From: Eledone cirrhosa
Lineage: Eukaryota
Length of the DNA stretch: 64,000 nucleotides
Reading direction: 5' to 3'
Assembly: GCA_964016885.1 (NCBI GenBank)
Contig: OZ024740.1
Coordinates: 322,152,001-322,216,000 of the forward strand
Of the stretch, positions 1-11,869 are shown piece by piece. Under the pieces are notes generated by a model. That model saw nothing but the letters and a program-made list of their open reading frames with translations, had not been told where the DNA came from and made no database searches. The position numbers and the translations under genes are program-made. The stretch's first letter is position 1. Every line of letters starts with the position of its first letter.

Positions 1-562
1 ACCAGATCACCTCAGTTGTATCTACCACCAGATCACTTCAGTTGTATCTACCACCAGATCACTTCAGTTGTATCTACCACCAGATCATCTCAGTTATATC
101 TACCATCAGATCACCTCAGTTGTATCTACCACCAGATCACTTCAGTTGTATCTACCACCAGATCACTTCAGTTGTATCTACCACCAGATCACTTCAGTTA
201 TATCTACCACCAGATCATCTCAGTTATATCTACCACCAGATCACCTCAGTTGTATCTACCACCAGATCACTTCAGTTGTATCTACCACCAGATCACTACA
301 GTTATATTTACCACCAGATCACTTCAGTTATATCTACCACCAGATCACTTCAGTTATATCTACCACCAGATCATCTCAGTTATATCTACCACCAGATCAC
401 CTCAGTTATATCTACCACCAGATCACCTCAGTTATATCTACCACCAGATCACCTCAGTTATATCTACCACCAGATCACCTCAGTTATATCTACCACCAGA
501 TCACCTCAGTTATATCTACCACCAGATCACCTCAGTTATATCTACCAACAGATCACCTCAGT
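1..562. repeat. 26-bp minisatellite (accaccagatcacctcagttatatct)n, intronic, runs off the window start
   Basis: Direct tandem units are visible. They explain the three overlapping periodic ORFs at 16-680. Confidence 0.97.
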
Positions 563-1279
563 GACAGCTACTGCCAGCTCATATCTTTTATACAAAGTAA
601 TGCAAAGTGCTTGGTTGAGTAAGCCACAGGATACGATCCCCATAAGAAAATGCTCAACCACATGCTGTGCATGTCCATGAAGAGACCTTTGGGAGCCTCT
701 CTGAAGTGGAAGCCAGAAGGAGAACAGATGTCAAAGCAGCAGACCTGTCAAAATCTGAGGTATGTGGTGGAAGAACTGGCTGCTAAGAGCACAATCAGAT
801 GACAGTGGGTGTGACCATGTTGGGAAGAGATCTCTTATTGCCCAATGTTTCAGAGACTAACAAAATTAAACACACTATCTTTTTTTCTTTCTCTTATTGT
901 TTTATTCCAACATGGTATAATAATTGAATAATTTCTCATTACATCTCTCTGTCTCTCTCTCACTCACTTTCTCCCTCTTTCTATCCCACAGGTCTCTAAT
1001 TGTGTATATCTCTCTCTGTTTCTCCCTCTCCCTCTTTCTCCCTCTTTCTACTTCTCTCTCACTCTCTGACTCCCTCTTTCTATCCCTCTATTCCACAGGT
1101 CTCTAATGGTGGTCCCAGCCACCATGTCTGTGTAACTCTCTGTATCTAACAGCTCTCTAATTGTCTCTCACTCTCTACCTCTCACTCTTTCTCTGTCTCT
1201 CACCCTCTCTATCTCATTCTGTCTCTCACCCTCTCTCTCTCATTCTGTCTCTTACTCACTCTCTCCCTCTATTCCACAG

Positions 1280-1379
1280 GTCTCTAATGGTGGTCCCTGC
1301 CACCAACATGTACAATGGATTATCTGAGGGAGACTACGACAATCTCTGGGTTGGAGAACAAGATGACATTTACAACAAA
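1280..1379 (+). CDS. UBASH3B: UBASH3/STS-like gene, internal exon (linker upstream of the phosphatase domain)
   Basis: Polypyrimidine tract and acceptor ttccacag|, then G-TCT..: SLMVVPATNMYNGLSEGDYDNLWVGEQDDIYNK, then |gtatgt donor. It ends in phase 0, matching the phase-0 start at 7502. Assignment rests on phase and position; upstream exons (UBA/2H/SH3 in this family) lie outside the window. Confidence 0.65.
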
Positions 1380-1555
1380 GTATGTATCCTCCCCCTCCTC
1401 TTCACCATATTACTAGGGTAGCATTGATTAGTTAGTAGATTATCCCTATCAGCTTTATCACTGATTTTACTGATTAATCAATATCAGCTTTCCTTTTTTT
1501 TTTTTTTTTGCTGATTAATTGGTTTTGATAATGAGCAATTTTTATTATTATTATT

Positions 1556-1777
1556 GGCAGTGGATTGGCAAAATCGGTAGAGCGTCGGACACCATGCTTC
1601 GTGGCATAGTTATATCCCTTTATGTTCTGAGTTCAAATCCCACCGAGGTTGGCTTTGCCTTTCATCCTTACAGGGTTGATAAAATAAAGTACCAGTAACA
1701 CACTGGGGTCGATATAATCGACTTTCCCCTCTCCCCAAATTGCTGGCCTTGTGCCTATAGTAGAAATCATTATTATT
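1556..1777 (+). mobile_element. tRNA-derived SINE family A (Meta/MESC-like central domain)
   Basis: Head tggattggc..tcggtagagc (A-box-like), gagttcaaatccc (B-box), central gcctttcatcctt..gggtcgataaaataaagtaccag, (att)n tail. Family naming is from recall. Confidence 0.85.
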
Positions 1778-1903
1778 GTTGTTGATGATAGGTACATAAG
1801 TTCAAGCAAGAAAATCATGGGTGACAGAGAAATTGAGAAAACATTCGATTCAACATATACAAAACAATTCTTCCTAAGACATTCAATCTCAGCTCACTAA
1901 TAT

Positions 1904-2091
1904 AATTGTTTCTACTTTAGGCACAAGGCCAGCAATTATCCCAGTGCATTACTGGTACTTTAATTTATCGACCCCGTAAGGATAAAAGGCAAAGTTAACC
2001 TCGGCGGGATTTGAACTCAGACCATAAAGGGCCGTAACTCTTCTATGCTGCAAAGCATGGCGTCCGACCCTCTACCGATACTGCCAATCCA
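1904..2091 (-). mobile_element. SINE family A copy
   Basis: Reverse complement of the same consensus (ctggtacttt..ggatttgaactcag..ctctaccgatactgccaatcc). Confidence 0.88.
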
Positions 2092-2289
2092 AACTCTTCT
2101 AGTGCTCAAATGTATTGATCTATACAACTAGAAATTACTTGGGACTACTGGGTGGAAGATGTAACTTCCTGTAGGTTAATGAGTGTCCAAGTAGAATAAA
2201 GACCCTCCTACCCACCTGAGAGGATCATCATCATCATCATCATCATCATCGTTTAGCGTCTATCTTCCACACTAGCATGGGTTTAGAAT

Positions 2290-2665
2290 ATGTGTTGAAT
2301 TCCATATGTCTAACATCAGTGGACATGCTTACAAAATCAGAAAACAGCACAGCTCTCATGACTTTTGGAAACATTTTTTCGTGCTCAGAGTTTCTGAAGT
2401 ATGGAACAAACTACTTACATCAGTTGTTAGTTATCGGGACACTGCATCCTTTAAAACTTCCATGCTTCCCGAAATTCGCCAATATTACACATGATATTCC
2501 TCCTCCATACATATGTACACATGTGTGTGTGCCTGTGTGTATATCATGACTCATACACTGTTCACTTTCCTGACATTTGTACGTAATTCTATGTAATAAA
2601 CAAGGACCTTTGATGAGTTGTAGTGCACCTTAGCACTGTACACAATAAGTTTCATGATTATATTA
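2290..2665 (+). mobile_element. CR1-type LINE 3' fragment
   Basis: Translates to SGHAYKIRKQ..HFFVLRVSEVWNKL, the CR1 ORF2 C-terminal pattern. Same family as 49160-50075. Confidence 0.8.
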
Positions 2666-2679
2666 TTATATCATTTCTA

Positions 2680-2872
2680 GGGCGGTGGATTGGCAGTATC
2701 GGTAGAGGGTCGGACGCCATGCTTTCCAGCATAGTTACGTCCCTTTATGATCTGAGTTCAAATCCTGCCGAGGTTAACTTTGCCTTTCATCCTTACGGGG
2801 TCGATAAAATAAAGTACCAGTAATGCACTGGGATAATTGCTGGCCTTATGCCTAAAGTAGAAACAATTATTA
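2680..2872 (+). mobile_element. SINE family A copy
   Basis: Full consensus gggcggtggattggcagtatcggtagag...agtagaaacaattat. Confidence 0.9.
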
Positions 2873-3161
2873 TATCATTTCTAATGAAATACACCCTGTT
2901 TCAATTAGATAATGAAGAATTTTGAGGGATTTGCTAAAATTATCAATCATGCCATTACTAAGTTAGTAACTTAACGTAAGGTTCTTAAAATTATGATTGA
3001 AGATTTTACTTCAAATTGGAAACCTTTAAAATAGGTGATTTGATTTCATAGAATCAGAGCCAGTTTTTGACCGGGTTGGTAACTAGAGGGTTAATTGATC
3101 TTTTAAAATTGTAAAGATTTTGATTGCATACTTATTTAAACATATTCAAAAGTTTTCCAAT

Positions 3162-3374
3162 TATAATGATTTCTACTATAAGCACAAGGCCAGCAATTTG
3201 GAGGGAGGGGAAAGTCGATTAAATCGATCCCAGTGCATTACTGGTGCTTTATTTTATTGACCCTATAAGGATGAAAGGCAAAGCTAACCTCAGCGAGATT
3301 TGAACTCAGAACATAAAGGGCCGTAACTCTATGCCACTAAACATGTGGTCCGACGCTCTACTGATTCTGCCAAT
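3162..3374 (-). mobile_element. SINE family A copy
   Basis: Reverse-complement consensus match. Confidence 0.85.
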
Positions 3375-3528
3375 AATAATGTTTACTGTTAACTTAACTT
3401 ACTCAAACAAAACATAAAATTTTATAATATTTTTCAATTCATAAATGTAAAAACATTAAAAATTTCAAAGCATAACTGATTACTTTCAGGGTCAATATGA
3501 TACCTCCTCCTGCAGTAAAATCATCTTA

Positions 3529-3682
3529 ATTTTGTCATCACATACTCTCAAATTTTGTCATCACATACTCTCAAATTTTGTCATCACATACTCTCAAATT
3601 TTGTCATCACATACTCTCAAATTTTGTCATCACATACTCTCAAATTTTGTCATCACATACTCTCAAATTTTGTCATTACATA
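3529..3682. repeat. 23-bp minisatellite (aaattttgtcatcacatactctc)n, about 6.5 copies
   Basis: Direct tandem units are visible. Confidence 0.95.
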
Positions 3683-4659
3683 TGCTCTATAACTGTGATT
3701 AATTATGAAATATAATATATTAGAATTAATTATAACACACATTTTCATATCACAATACATAACTACATTATAGATAATTGGCAGCTGATTAATTAGTATT
3801 TGCTGATATGGCAAGGCCAATTAATTAGTAATTAGTCAATTTACTTATTGGTTCATCTCTAATATGTGCTATAATAAAGCTACTGTGCTTGTACAGGAAT
3901 GTGCATGTATTACCATCATCACTGTTTAACGTCTACTTTTCCACACTAGCATGGGTCAGACGAGCTGTCCTGTTGTGAGCAATGCCATGGTCGGGTGACA
4001 ATGTCATGCACATACAGAACCGACTTGGGCTTGGTTTCTACAACTGGATGCCCTTCCTAGTGCCTACCTCATTTACAGTGAGTACTGGGTGCTTTTTGCC
4101 GTGATGCCTACATGACCACTTAACAGTGTGAGCTAGGTGCTTTTTGCCATGACACCTACACGACCACTTTACAGTGTGGGCTGGGCGCTTTTTGTTGTGA
4201 CCAACACAACCACTTTATGTGTATAAGTATCAGCAAGTATTTGCTACCTCAATGATATCTGTCAGGATAATGTGGAAGAACACTCGCTAGTGTGCAGAAC
4301 CCTAGGTGTAAGATAAATCATGGTCCCAACAGACAGAACAGAGAAATCATTACCTCGGAGGATAACAAGAGAGATGAGCTGAAATAGCCATTCCAACTCA
4401 TAGGACTCACTGCTGTGGATGGCCAACTCTAATGAGATAGCAGTGAGTAGGGAGTTGGTTTAGGGATCAAGAATGCTAGAAGTCTCTACTGCAATTGGCT
4501 CAATGAGAAACCTATAGGAAAGCAACTGATACTTCAACAGCTTGTGATCTTCAGTTTGTTTGGGCAATGAAACCTAGATTGTTTTGGCTAAACACACCAG
4601 ATTGCTGCTGGAGGAAGTGTCACTGCATGTCGTGTCCCAGATGAGGGGCTTACTGTAAT

Positions 4660-4960
4660 ATACCATGTACCATACTATAGTAATACTGCTGTAATATACT
4701 ATACTATAGTAATACTGATGTAATATACTATATATTATACTATACTATAGTAATACTGCTGTAATATACTATATACTATACTATACTATAGTAATATTGC
4801 TGTAATATACTATATACTATACTATAGTAATACTGCTGTAATATACTATATACTATACTATAGTAATACTGCTGTAATATACGATATACTATACTAAAGT
4901 AATACTGCTGTAATATACTGTATAATACTACTGTAATATGCTATGCACCATACTATAGTA
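4660..4960. repeat. Degenerate tactatagtaatactgctgtaata repeat
   Basis: Irregular tandem units related to the 41-bp array downstream. Confidence 0.8.
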
Positions 4961-5014
4961 AAATTACTGTTATATAACTGACACTCTATCATTTACATAG
5001 GCTGGTCCTTCAAA

Positions 5015-5168
5015 TTACAGGTACAACTCATTTTTGCCAGCTGAGTGGACTGGAGCAACATGAAATAAAGTGTCTTGCCCAAGGACACAACACACAACCA
5101 GGAATCAAACTCATGACCTTATTGTCATGAGCTGAACCAATACTCTAGCCTCTATGCCATATGCCTAC
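5015..5168 (-). mobile_element. tRNA-derived SINE family B (CORE-like)
   Basis: Reverse complement reads ..gtgtccttgggcaagacactttatttca..ccactcagctggcaaaaatgag. Related + copies at about 25116-25375 and 35765-36060. Confidence 0.7.
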
Positions 5169-5210
5169 ATAAAGCTACTGTAATATACTCTACTATACTA
5201 TAGTAACATG

Positions 5211-5580
5211 CCATATTCCTAGTGCCAAACTCTTCGTCCTTGAGGACACACCCTAATTTTGACAACCAAAAATTTGAAAAAAAAATAATTGTTTCTACTT
5301 TAGGCACAAGGCCAGCAATTACCCAGTGCATTACTGGTACTTTATTTTATCGACCCCGTAAGGATGAAAGGCAAAGTCAACCTCGGCGGGATTTGAACTC
5401 AGATCGTAAAGGGACGTAACTATGCTGGAAAGCATGACATCCGACCCTCTACCGATACTGCCAATCCACCGCCCTTTGAAAAAAAAAATAATAAACAACC
5501 TTTGGCCTCCAGGACGCATGGTAGATTTTTTAGACTTATTTTAGGAAAAAAGTAGCGTCTTCGAAGCTGGGAAATACGAT
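5211..5580. mobile_element. Tc2/pogo-type MITE remnant interrupted by a minus-strand SINE A (5286-5476)
   Basis: Imperfect termini ccatattcctag / ctgggaaatacga. The SINE is flanked by duplicated tttgaaaaaaaa(a)taat. Confidence 0.55.
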
Positions 5581-5679
5581 AGCTGCTGTATAGTATGTGC
5601 CATACAGTACTATACAATAGAAACACTACTGTAATATAGTATGTACCATACTATAGTAACACTATTGTTATATACTATG

Positions 5680-5940
5680 CTGAAACATGGAACAAACTAC
5701 CTGCATCAGATGGTAGCTATCGGGACACTGCATCCTCCAAAACTTCCATGTATCTTGAAATTCACCAACACTACACCCGATATTCCCCCCTACACACACA
5801 CACACATCTGTGAGTATATCATGACACATACACTTTTCACTTTCCTGACATTTGTACATTATTCTATGTACTATACATGCACCTTTGACAAGTCGTAGTG
5901 CACCTGAGCACTGTACACAATAATGGTCATTATTATTTTT
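5680..5940 (+). mobile_element. CR1-type LINE 3' end fragment
   Basis: Same 3' end as 2290-2665 (ctgaaacatggaacaaactacc...gtgcacctgagcactgtacacaataa). Confidence 0.8.
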
Positions 5941-5950
5941 ATTATTATCC

Positions 5951-7488
5951 TACTATAATAACACTATTGTTATATATTATGTACCATACAGTACTATACA
6001 AACACTATTGTTATATATTATGTACCATACAGTACTATACAAACACTATTGTTATATATTATGTACCATACAGTACTATACAAACACTATTGTTATATAT
6101 TATGTACCATACAGTACTATACAAACACTATTGTTATATATTATGTACCATACAGTACTATACAAACACTATTGTTATATATTATGTACCATACAGTACT
6201 ATACAAACACTATTGTTATATATTATGTACCAAACAGTACTATACAAACACTATTGTTATATATTATGTACCATACAGTACTATACAAACACTATTGTTA
6301 TATATTATGTACCATACAGTACTATACAAACACTATTGTTATATATTATGTACCAAACAGTACTATACAAACACTATTGTTATATATTATGTACCATACA
6401 GTACTATACAAACACTATTGTTATATATTATGTACCATACAGTACTATACAAACACTATTGTTATATATTATGTACCATACAGTACTATACAAACACTAT
6501 TGTTATATATTATGTACCATATAGTACTATACAAACACTATTGTTATATATTATGTACCATACAGTACTATACAAACACTATTGTTATATATTATGTACC
6601 ATACAGTACTATACAAACACTATTGTTATATATTATGTACCATACAGTACTATACAAACACTATTGTTATATATTATGTACCATACAGTACTATACAAAC
6701 ACTATTGTTATATATTATGTACCATACAGCACTATAATAACACTATTGTTATATATTATGTACCATACAGTACTATACAAACACTATTGTTATATATTAT
6801 GTACCATACAGTACTATACAAACACTATTGTTATATATTATGTACCATACAGTACTATAATAACACTATTGTTATATATTATGTACCATACAGTACTATA
6901 CAAACACTATTGTTATATATTATGTACCATACAGTACTATACAAACACTATTGTTATATATTATGTACCATACAGTACTATAATAACACTATTGTTATAT
7001 ATTATGTACCATACAGTACTATAATAACACTATTGTTATATATTATGTACCATACAGTACTATACAAACACTATTGTTATATATTATGTACCATACAGTA
7101 CTATACAAACACTATTGTTATATATTATGTACCATACAGTACTATAATAACACTATTGTTATATATTATGTACCATACAGTACTATAATAACACTATTGT
7201 TATATATTATGTACCATACAGTACTATACAAACACTATTGTTATATATTATGTACCATACAGTACTATACAAACACTATTGTTATATATTATGTACCATA
7301 CAGTACTATAATAACACTATTGTTATATATTATGTACCATACAGTACTATAATAACACTATTGTTATATATTATGTACCATATAGTACTATACAAACACT
7401 ATTGTTATATATTATGTACCATACAGTACTATACAAACACTATTGTTATATATTATGTACCATACAGTACTATACAAACACTATTGTT
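5951..7488. repeat. 41-bp minisatellite (tactatacaaacactattgttatatattatgtaccatacag)n
   Basis: About 37 near-identical units. They explain the ORFs at 5898-7352. Confidence 0.98.
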
Positions 7489-7501
7489 GTTATTTGTTCA
7501 G

Positions 7502-7637
7502 TTGTTAAAAAATAAAAAGAGTGAAGAGAACCAAAACATACCACGAGAACCTCGCTGTTTATTTGTGATGAGACATGGAGAACGATGTGACTTTGCCTTG
7601 GGAAGAGATTGGGTTGACTCTTGCTTTAATTCTGCTG
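7502..7637 (+). CDS. UBASH3B: UBASH3/STS-like exon with the catalytic RHG motif
   Basis: ttcag|LLKNKKSEENQNIPREPRCLFVMRHGERCDFALGRDWVDSCFNSA-G|gtaagt. RCLFVxRHGER is the start of the Sts-1/UBASH3B histidine-phosphatase (PGM-like) domain. Confidence 0.95.
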
Positions 7638-7654
7638 GTAAGTTATCTTTTCTT

Positions 7655-9300
7655 TCATCATCATCATCACATAATCACTATCACCATCATCACACCACTA
7701 TCATCATCATCACATTATCACTATCACCACTATCACATTGCTATCACCATCATCACATTATCACTATCACCACTATCACATTGCTATCACCGTCATCACA
7801 TTATCATTGCCATCATCACTATCGCCATCATCACATTGCCATCATCACTATCGCCATCATCACTATCGCCATCATCACTATCACCATCATCACATTGCCA
7901 TCATCACTATCGCCATCATCACTATCGCCATCATCACATTGCAATCATCACTATCGCCATCATCACTATCGCCATCATCACTATCGCCATCATCACTATC
8001 GCCATCATCACATTGCCATCATCACTATCACCATCATCACTATCGCCATCATCACTATCGCCATCATCACATTGCCATCATCACATTGCCACCATCACTA
8101 TCGCCATCATCACATCGCCATCATCACTATCGCCATCATCACTATCGCCATCATCACTATCGCCACCATCACATTGCCATCATCACTATCACCATCATCA
8201 CTATCGCCATCATCACTATCGCCATCATCACATTGCCATCATCACATTGCCACCATCACTATCGCCATCATCACATCGCCATCATCACTATCGCCATCAT
8301 CACTATCGCCATCATCACATCGCCATCATCACTATCACCATCATCACATTGCCATCATCACTATTGCCATCATCACATCGCCATCATCACTATCGCCATC
8401 ATCACTATCGCCATCATCACTATCGCCATCATCACATCGCCATCATCACATCGCCATCATCACATCGCCATCATCACATTGCCATCATCACATTGCCATC
8501 ATCACTATCGCCATCATCACTATCGCCATCATCACATCGCCATCATCACATTGCCATCATCACATCGCCATCATCACATTGCCATCATCACATTGCCATC
8601 ATCACTATTGCCATCATCACATCGCCATCATCACTATCGCCATCATCACTATCGCCATCATCACATCGCCATCATCACTATCGCCATCATCACTATCGCC
8701 ATCATCACATCGCCATCATCACATTGCCATCATCACATTGCCATCATCACTATCGCCATCATCACTATCGCCATCATCACATCGCCATCATCACATTGCC
8801 ATCATCACATCGCCATCATCACATCGCCATCATCACATTGCCATCATCACATTGCCATCATCACATTGCCATCATCACATCGCCATCATCACATCGCCAT
8901 CATCACTATCGCCATCATCACATCGCCATCATCACTATCGCCATCATCACTATCGCCATCATCACATCGCCATCATCACATTGCCATCATCACATTGCCA
9001 TCATCACTATCGCCATCATCACTATCGCCATCATCACATCGCCATCATCACATTGCCATCATCACATTGCCATCATCACTATCGCCATCATCACTATCGC
9101 CATCATCACATCGCCATCATCACATCGCCATCATCACTATCGCCATCATCACATCGCCATCATCACATCGCCATCATCACTATCGCCATCATCACATCGC
9201 CATCATCATCACTCCACTATCATTATATCACTATCACCATCATCAAATTACTATCACCATAATCATCATCATCACTATCACCATAATCATCATCATCATT
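7655..9300. repeat. Compound CAT-based repeat (gccatcatcactatc / gccatcatcacatc, 14-15-bp units)
   Basis: Visible tandem units. They explain the poly-His/Ser/Ile ORFs and lie in the intron after the donor at 7638. Confidence 0.97.
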
Positions 9301-9860
9301 TTTATGTTCACTTTTTTCATGTTAGCATGGGTTGGATGAGTCTATTCTTCTTTCCTTTGTCATCTTTGTGTGAGGTTCAGCATCCTTAGATTGTTCTTCA
9401 CAACCTCTGCCCAAACCTTCCTTGATCTTCCCCACTATATCTTTCTTGAATTATGCATGGGTTGGATGAGTCTTCCCTAGTACAGCATCTCTGTTCTCAT
9501 TTTGTTGTCACCTCTTCTTTAAGGTTCAACATTTTGTGATCACCCTTCACTACCTTTATCCAGGTCTTCATGGTCTACCTCTACTACACTGTCCCTCCTC
9601 TTGTCTCTTTCTTTTATCATCTCCTCTGTGAGGTTCAACATTTTGAGACCAGCTTTTACCACCTTTGCCCAAGTCTTCCTTAAACTTCTTGGAACCAGTT
9701 CAAAACAAACCTTCACTTATATTAACAAAATCCTGGTTCTAACTTAATGTTGATTAATACAAGTTGATTAAAAAAAGTAACTAAATAATGTCCAATGCTT
9801 TACCAATACTACTAATCCATTGCCCTAACTTCCAACTTATTGATAAAAGATTAAATGTTG

Positions 9861-9948
9861 AAATTTAAATCATTATTATATGGCAGATAATATTAGATTT
9901 CAGTATTTAAATCTAATATTATCTGCCATATAATAATGATTTAAATTT
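9861..9948. repeat. Perfect 40-bp inverted repeat with an 8-nt loop
   Basis: aaatttaaatcattattatatggcagataatattagattt, then cagtattt, then its exact reverse complement. Confidence 0.95.
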
Positions 9949-10077
9949 AAATTTCAACAGGGGTGATTTTGTGGCAGGTTACTGTTTAAAGGGTTTTGGT
10001 AGATTAACAGAATTTACTGGACATATCAATTATATATATTTATAAAATTACGAACACCTGTTACATATGTTAAGTAT

Positions 10078-10440
10078 TTAATGTATGTTATGTCAGCTTC
10101 AAAATATGTAATATATGTTACATTAGTATAAAATATGTAATGTTTGTTATGTCGGTATAAAATATGTAATGTATGTTTTGTCGGTATAAAATATGTAATG
10201 TTTGTTATGTCAGCATAAAATATGTAATGTATGTTTTGTCAGTATAAAATGTGTAATGTATGCTTTGTCAGTATAAAATATGTAATGTATGTTATATTAG
10301 TATAAAATATATATTGTATGTTATGTCAGTATAAAATATATATTGTATGTTATGTCAGTATAAAATATATAATGTATGTTATGTCAGTATCAAAATATGT
10401 AATAGGTATTATATCAGAATAAAATATGTAATATATGTTA
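10078..10440. repeat. ~29-bp minisatellite (gtcagtataaaatatgtaatgtatgttat)n
   Basis: About 12 degenerate tandem units. Confidence 0.9.
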
Positions 10441-10525
10441 TGTACAAAAACTTTAATATGTTATTTCAGAATCAGAATTTGTCATATATGCTATGTATAA
10501 AATATATAAATATTATGTATTTTAG

Positions 10526-10645
10526 GAAGATACAGTAGAATCAACCTAAACCTTCCAAAGAGTATGTTGAAAAGAAAGAATTATTTAGACTTCATCAAAG
10601 ACTGTCCATTAACAGAAGTTGGTAAACTCCAGGCACGTCTCACTG
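10526..10645 (+). CDS. UBASH3B: UBASH3/STS-like exon
   Basis: tttag|(G)RYSRINLNLPKSMLKRKNYLDFIKDCPLTEVGKLQARLT-G|gtaagg, phase 1 to phase 1. Resembles Sts-1 GRYxRxNLNxP...DxPxTxxGxxQARL. Confidence 0.93.
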
Positions 10646-10918
10646 GTAAGGAATGCTTTCATTACAACATTACATCTTTCAGAAGAGTTTCTGCTTTACA
10701 ATATCAAACATTATTAAGTCTCTCTACTAACATATGTTGGTAAACTGTTGGTATATCTCATTGGTAAGGACTGCTTTCATTACAACAGCTGAGGATCCAC
10801 ATAAGGTGAAACATTTATTCTCGGTATAGTGAACTAACTGTTGTGGAACTACCTCTACCAAACTCGTCCCATGGACTGAGTGCTCTACTACTACAGATAT
10901 AATCCTCCAGTGTTCTAC

Positions 10919-10963
<45 letters not shown>

Positions 10964-10971
<8 letters not shown>

Positions 10972-11196
10972 ATTAACAAATGGAAACTATATTTATAAAA
11001 CCATATTTATTTTATTATACATATTTCAAGGACACCACGTTAAATTATGGTGTGCTTTCATCAGACTCAGACAAAATACAGCACACCATAATTTAACGTG
11101 AAAGCACACCATAATTTAACGTGGTGTCCTTGAAATATGTATAATAAAATAAATATGGTTTTATAAATATAGTTTCCATTTGTTAATATCGTATAT
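10964..11196. repeat. Fold-back element with ~97-bp arms and a hammerhead-like core (Penelope-derived?)
   Basis: Arms 10964-11060 and 11099-11196 are near-perfect reverse complements. The element abuts a (TA)n tract. Confidence 0.85.
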
Positions 11197-11479
11197 TTAC
11201 TCCAAATACTTGTTGAGTGCTTTATATCAGTTATAAAAATATTTGCTTGTTGTATCCCAACAATTTAAATAGAACTTTTGCATATATATATATATATATA
11301 TTTATCATCATTAGATAAAATATATACAGTATTTCCTCTCCTAATCAGTATAAATCAACCACATAAAAAATCATTTAAACGAAGCTATAAGTTTAAAATG
11401 TACTTATGAAGAAATAATTGACAAATGATACAGATTCTTTTCACAGCCATATGACACTTACCTAATTATTTCTCCTAGC

Positions 11480-11679
11480 NNNNNNNNNNNNNNNNNNNNN
11501 NNNNNNNNNNNNNNNNNNNNNNNNNNNNNNNNNNNNNNNNNNNNNNNNNNNNNNNNNNNNNNNNNNNNNNNNNNNNNNNNNNNNNNNNNNNNNNNNNNNN
11601 NNNNNNNNNNNNNNNNNNNNNNNNNNNNNNNNNNNNNNNNNNNNNNNNNNNNNNNNNNNNNNNNNNNNNNNNNNNNNNN
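11480..11679. other. Assembly gap (200 N)
   Basis: Run of N characters. Confidence 1.
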
Positions 11680-11760
11680 GAGATGCTTCAGTCAACCTGT
11701 CCCACTTGTATGTATCTCCAGCTCTTCGTTGTATTCAAACAGCTCATGAAATTGTTACAG
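11680..11760 (+). CDS. UBASH3B: UBASH3/STS-like exon, 5' end lost in the assembly gap
   Basis: ..RDASVNLSHLYVSPALRCIQTAHEIVT-|gtatta. SPxLRCxQTA is the conserved second-Arg motif of histidine phosphatases. Confidence 0.92.
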
Positions 11761-11869
11761 GTATTACTACATATACATAATTTCATAGCTTATCTATTAG
11801 ATTCTAGCTGCTCTTCTTCTCCTCCTCCTTTTTCTTCTTTCTTTTTCTTTTTTCTTTTTCTTCTTTCTG

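Noticed and set aside
16-680. Three overlapping 180-210-aa ORFs
   Set aside because: They are periodic translations of a stop-free 26-bp repeat.
2680-2775. tRNA-like A/B boxes
   Set aside because: These are SINE heads with no complete cloverleaf, always followed by the SINE body.
5898-9389. Long ORFs including the 674-aa ORF that contains RHGER
   Set aside because: Only 7502-7637 is a splice-bounded exon; the remainder is satellite read-through.
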